From: Tilletiaria anomala UBC 951
Taxonomy: Eukaryota
Length of the DNA stretch: 64,000 nucleotides
NCBI RefSeq assembly: GCF_000711695.1
Contig: NW_013547014.1
Span: forward strand, 62,001 to 126,000
Reading direction: 5' to 3'
Part shown: in pieces, positions 61,656 to 64,000 of the stretch
How positions within the stretch are numbered: the stretch's first letter is position 1
Layout of the letters: the number at the start of each line of letters is the position of its first letter
The notes under the pieces: model-generated
Seen by the model: only the letters and a program-made list of their open reading frames with translations
The model's database searches: none
Told to the model about the DNA's origin: nothing
Position numbers and translations under genes: made by a program

Positions 61656-64000
61656 ATGGCGAACTTGAACTCTGGGCTAGCCCAAGGCGGCCACAGCCCA
61701 AGCACAAATATTGCACAGTGGACACATGGTATTCAATGCATTCCTGGCCTGCCCATCGCGGAAGCCTTGGCCAACCTCGGCACCTGGCCCCTCCATCCGG
61801 TCCTCGATGCCGACATCGACGCGTCGTCATCCTTCAGCAAGCCCCAAAGCACGACGGGTCGGAAGGTCACAGTGTCATACTGGCGTGCGAGAACGGCGCT
61901 TGAGGACAGCACAGACGGGACTTCCACAGTAGAAGGGATTATTTCGTCGCAGCAACGCGTCAATCTCAACACGGCTGTCGAGCAACTGCAGACCATGCGC
62001 TTTGCCGAGGCTTGCATTCTGGCTGCCCTCGAACGAAGTGAAGAGGCGAAGCGCAACGGACGCAGCGAGGGACAACGCCATGGGAAAGGCGAGGCGGAAG
62101 ATGCACAGCCATATACAGAGTCGCAAACAGAGAAACACGCGGATGTAGAAAGCGGAAAAACTGCATTTGCGCGGCAATTCTTACAAGATCGTCTACTCTT
62201 TGCTGTGCAGGAGGATGAGCAGCCAGAGGACGAGGTGCATCATCAACATGTCCTCAGGCACGCACAAGGCATGTACTCGAATACGTTACCCACCGGCGCA
62301 AAAAGGCAGGCCAAGCGGCGGCGAACCGATACTAACTCCGGTACGAGAGGGCAGACACAGCCAAGGACACAGTCTCTGTGGCTCTTTCGCGTCTGCTTCT
62401 ACGACTCGACTGAGGGAGCCGCTGTCCCTCCCGCGAGCGCAAGCTTGTCCTTCTGCGATGCTGTCCTGCGCTTGTCCTCCACCTTGCCCGATCAAGCCGA
62501 TCCGACAAATTTCTCACACACCCCAACATCAGCGAAACAAAGGCAGCGGCCACTGTCGCAGCTGCTGTCGCCATCCGAGCAATTTCAACTTTCCGCGCTC
62601 GAGAAAGCGTGTGCAGCTCTGCAGCACGAGCTCCCGCTTCTCATGCTCGAGACAGAAAAGCCGGACCACACGATCACGCTCGAGGAGCTGAGGAACGATG
62701 CGCTCGTGTGCGACGCGTTGCAGCGCGCTCTGCATGGCGCCTTCGTTGCCTGGGCCTTGCATCGGCAGCACCACCCTTGCAAACCCCTGGACCCGTCTGG
62801 CGCGTTGGGTGCGCAAAGAAATCAGGCCGCAGGCGATGGCCTCGATGTTGATAATCGGGGAGACACGGGGGAGGAGGATGTATATCCCGTTCGCTGGCGC
62901 GACGGTATACTGCTGCGACCTAGATTCCGACCACCTCTGAGGTGGCCGAGGCACAGTACGTACGACGATCAAGAAGAGAGAGATTGTAACATCGGAAGGA
63001 GCCGCACTGGCCACCTGCGCTCCACCTCGCACGTTGGCATTACACACGCGCACGCCGAAGCAAGTTCTTCCATCAATCTACGCGCGTTCATCTCCCCTTT
63101 TATTTTGCAGCTGCACCTCTCACGCCAGCCCCAGGATACAGCGTGGAATCTCTTTCCCCTTTCCGTGCGGTCTCCTAGGGAAGACCGGGATCCGGCTGTG
63201 ACGTGCGCTTGGGACGGCGAGTGGGATCCCGGGCCTTGTCTCGCGTCCGACCGCGTTCCTCGCTCTGGCGCAACGCTGCTCCTCGCTCCTCTTGGCGTCC
63301 AGGCTACGTTCGTGGATCGATGGATGAAGGCAGACATCAACCTTCTGCAAAGGGATGCAGCTAGAGACCACGCGGTCGGCGTGTCGACCTTGCATGCTTG
63401 GGAGTCGATGAAAGAGGAGCTCAAGACGCGGCTCCTTGCAATGGGCTGTCTCAGCTCGCCGGAAGTGGAAGAGGATCTGGAGAGGGATCGTTACATCCTT
63501 TGCAAGCGCCAAGAAAGCGAGAATGAGAATGAGAATGAGAATGAGAAGGACGGCGGTGGTGCCGCTGGCGCGCAAGGGCAAGTCCAACAAGGCGAAAATG
63601 ACACCAGCACGGGAAACACGCGCGTCTTCCTCTGGCTGCAATCGCTTTGTTACCTTGCTGTACCTCGTCATGTTGGCACTGAAGGGAGCCACGTCGAAGG
63701 GATCATCAGCGCAGGCGAAAAGACGAAGACGGCGTCGGTGATTGTGCCAGCCGTGGAGCGACTCAATTTTGCGACACCTCAGCGACTCGGAGAAGTGCTG
63801 GACAACTCTCGGAAAGCATTGCAGCGCCTCGCCAGTGCCAGGACCAAGACCCGGCAGGAGGCTGCACCGCCGATCACACCACCTCCGCCGCCGGCCCAGC
63901 TATCGATTGTCGATGCGCAAGGCGGCGCACAAGTGGCACTGACTGCCACTGCTCTTAAAGGGGTAGCTCTTAAACAAGAGCCCTCAATGCAATCTGCTGT
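61656..64000 (+). CDS. Large protein running off the window (>780 codons), probably Mediator kinase-module subunit Med13/Ssn2 N-terminus
   Basis: Manually translated frame open from ATG 61656 to the window end; LWLF, LLLAPLGVQATF and FLWLQSLC resemble fungal Med13 N-terminal motifs (identity tentative). Confidence 0.55.
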   Translation, partial: MANLNSGLAQGGHSPSTNIAQWTHGIQCIPGLPIAEALANLGTWPLHPVLDADIDASSSFSKPQSTTGRKVTVSYWRARTALEDSTDGTSTVEGIISSQQRVNLNTAVEQLQTMRFAEACILAALERSEEAKRNGRSEGQRHGKGEAEDAQPYTESQTEKHADVESGKTAFARQFLQDRLLFAVQEDEQPEDEVHHQHVLRHAQGMYSNTLPTGAKRQAKRRRTDTNSGTRGQTQPRTQSLWLFRVCFYDSTEGAAVPPASASLSFCDAVLRLSSTLPDQADPTNFSHTPTSAKQRQRPLSQLLSPSEQFQLSALEKACAALQHELPLLMLETEKPDHTITLEELRNDALVCDALQRALHGAFVAWALHRQHHPCKPLDPSGALGAQRNQAAGDGLDVDNRGDTGEEDVYPVRWRDGILLRPRFRPPLRWPRHSTYDDQEERDCNIGRSRTGHLRSTSHVGITHAHAEASSSINLRAFISPFILQLHLSRQPQDTAWNLFPLSVRSPREDRDPAVTCAWDGEWDPGPCLASDRVPRSGATLLLAPLGVQATFVDRWMKADINLLQRDAARDHAVGVSTLHAWESMKEELKTRLLAMGCLSSPEVEEDLERDRYILCKRQESENENENENEKDGGGAAGAQGQVQQGENDTSTGNTRVFLWLQSLCYLAVPRHVGTEGSHVEGIISAGEKTKTASVIVPAVERLNFATPQRLGEVLDNSRKALQRLASARTKTRQEAAPPITPPPPPAQLSIVDAQGGAQVALTATALKGVALKQEPSMQSA
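63519..63547 (+). repeat. (GAGAAT)x~5 coding microsatellite (EN repeat)
   Basis: Seen directly. Confidence 0.85.

Overview
Gene-dense, intron-containing fungal chromosome segment. Short GT-AG introns of ~65-100 nt with CTRAY-type branch points and the protein set suggest a basidiomycete, most likely Ustilaginomycotina (inference). I can support 22 protein-coding genes, mostly housekeeping: TRAPPC13-like (truncated), DPH1, TFB1, a TTL-family ligase, PRM10, TMEM14, SAD1, SKN7, UFE1, UTP5, a very large AhpC-TSA_2/thioredoxin-like protein, a 4x CCHC knuckle protein, a DHA1 MFS transporter, a SAM methyltransferase, ARS2, NAR1, an atypical TIM-family isomerase, TLG2, DIS3, FLX1, DCD1 and a probable MED13 (truncated). 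I derived the exon structures by hand from splice signals and frame continuity. I recognised no tRNA, rRNA, CRISPR array or transposase. The most unusual non-genic feature is a ~700-bp fold-back element (13082-13777) between divergent genes. It has 92-bp perfect inverted arms, a further imperfect stem, nested internal hairpins and a 9-mer repeated four times. Other highlights are a predicted 3-nt microexon that completes MFS motif C, an intronless GVSTKMYF-type TIM paralogue, a motif-dense palindromic block upstream of NAR1, and a uORF overlapping the SKN7 start.
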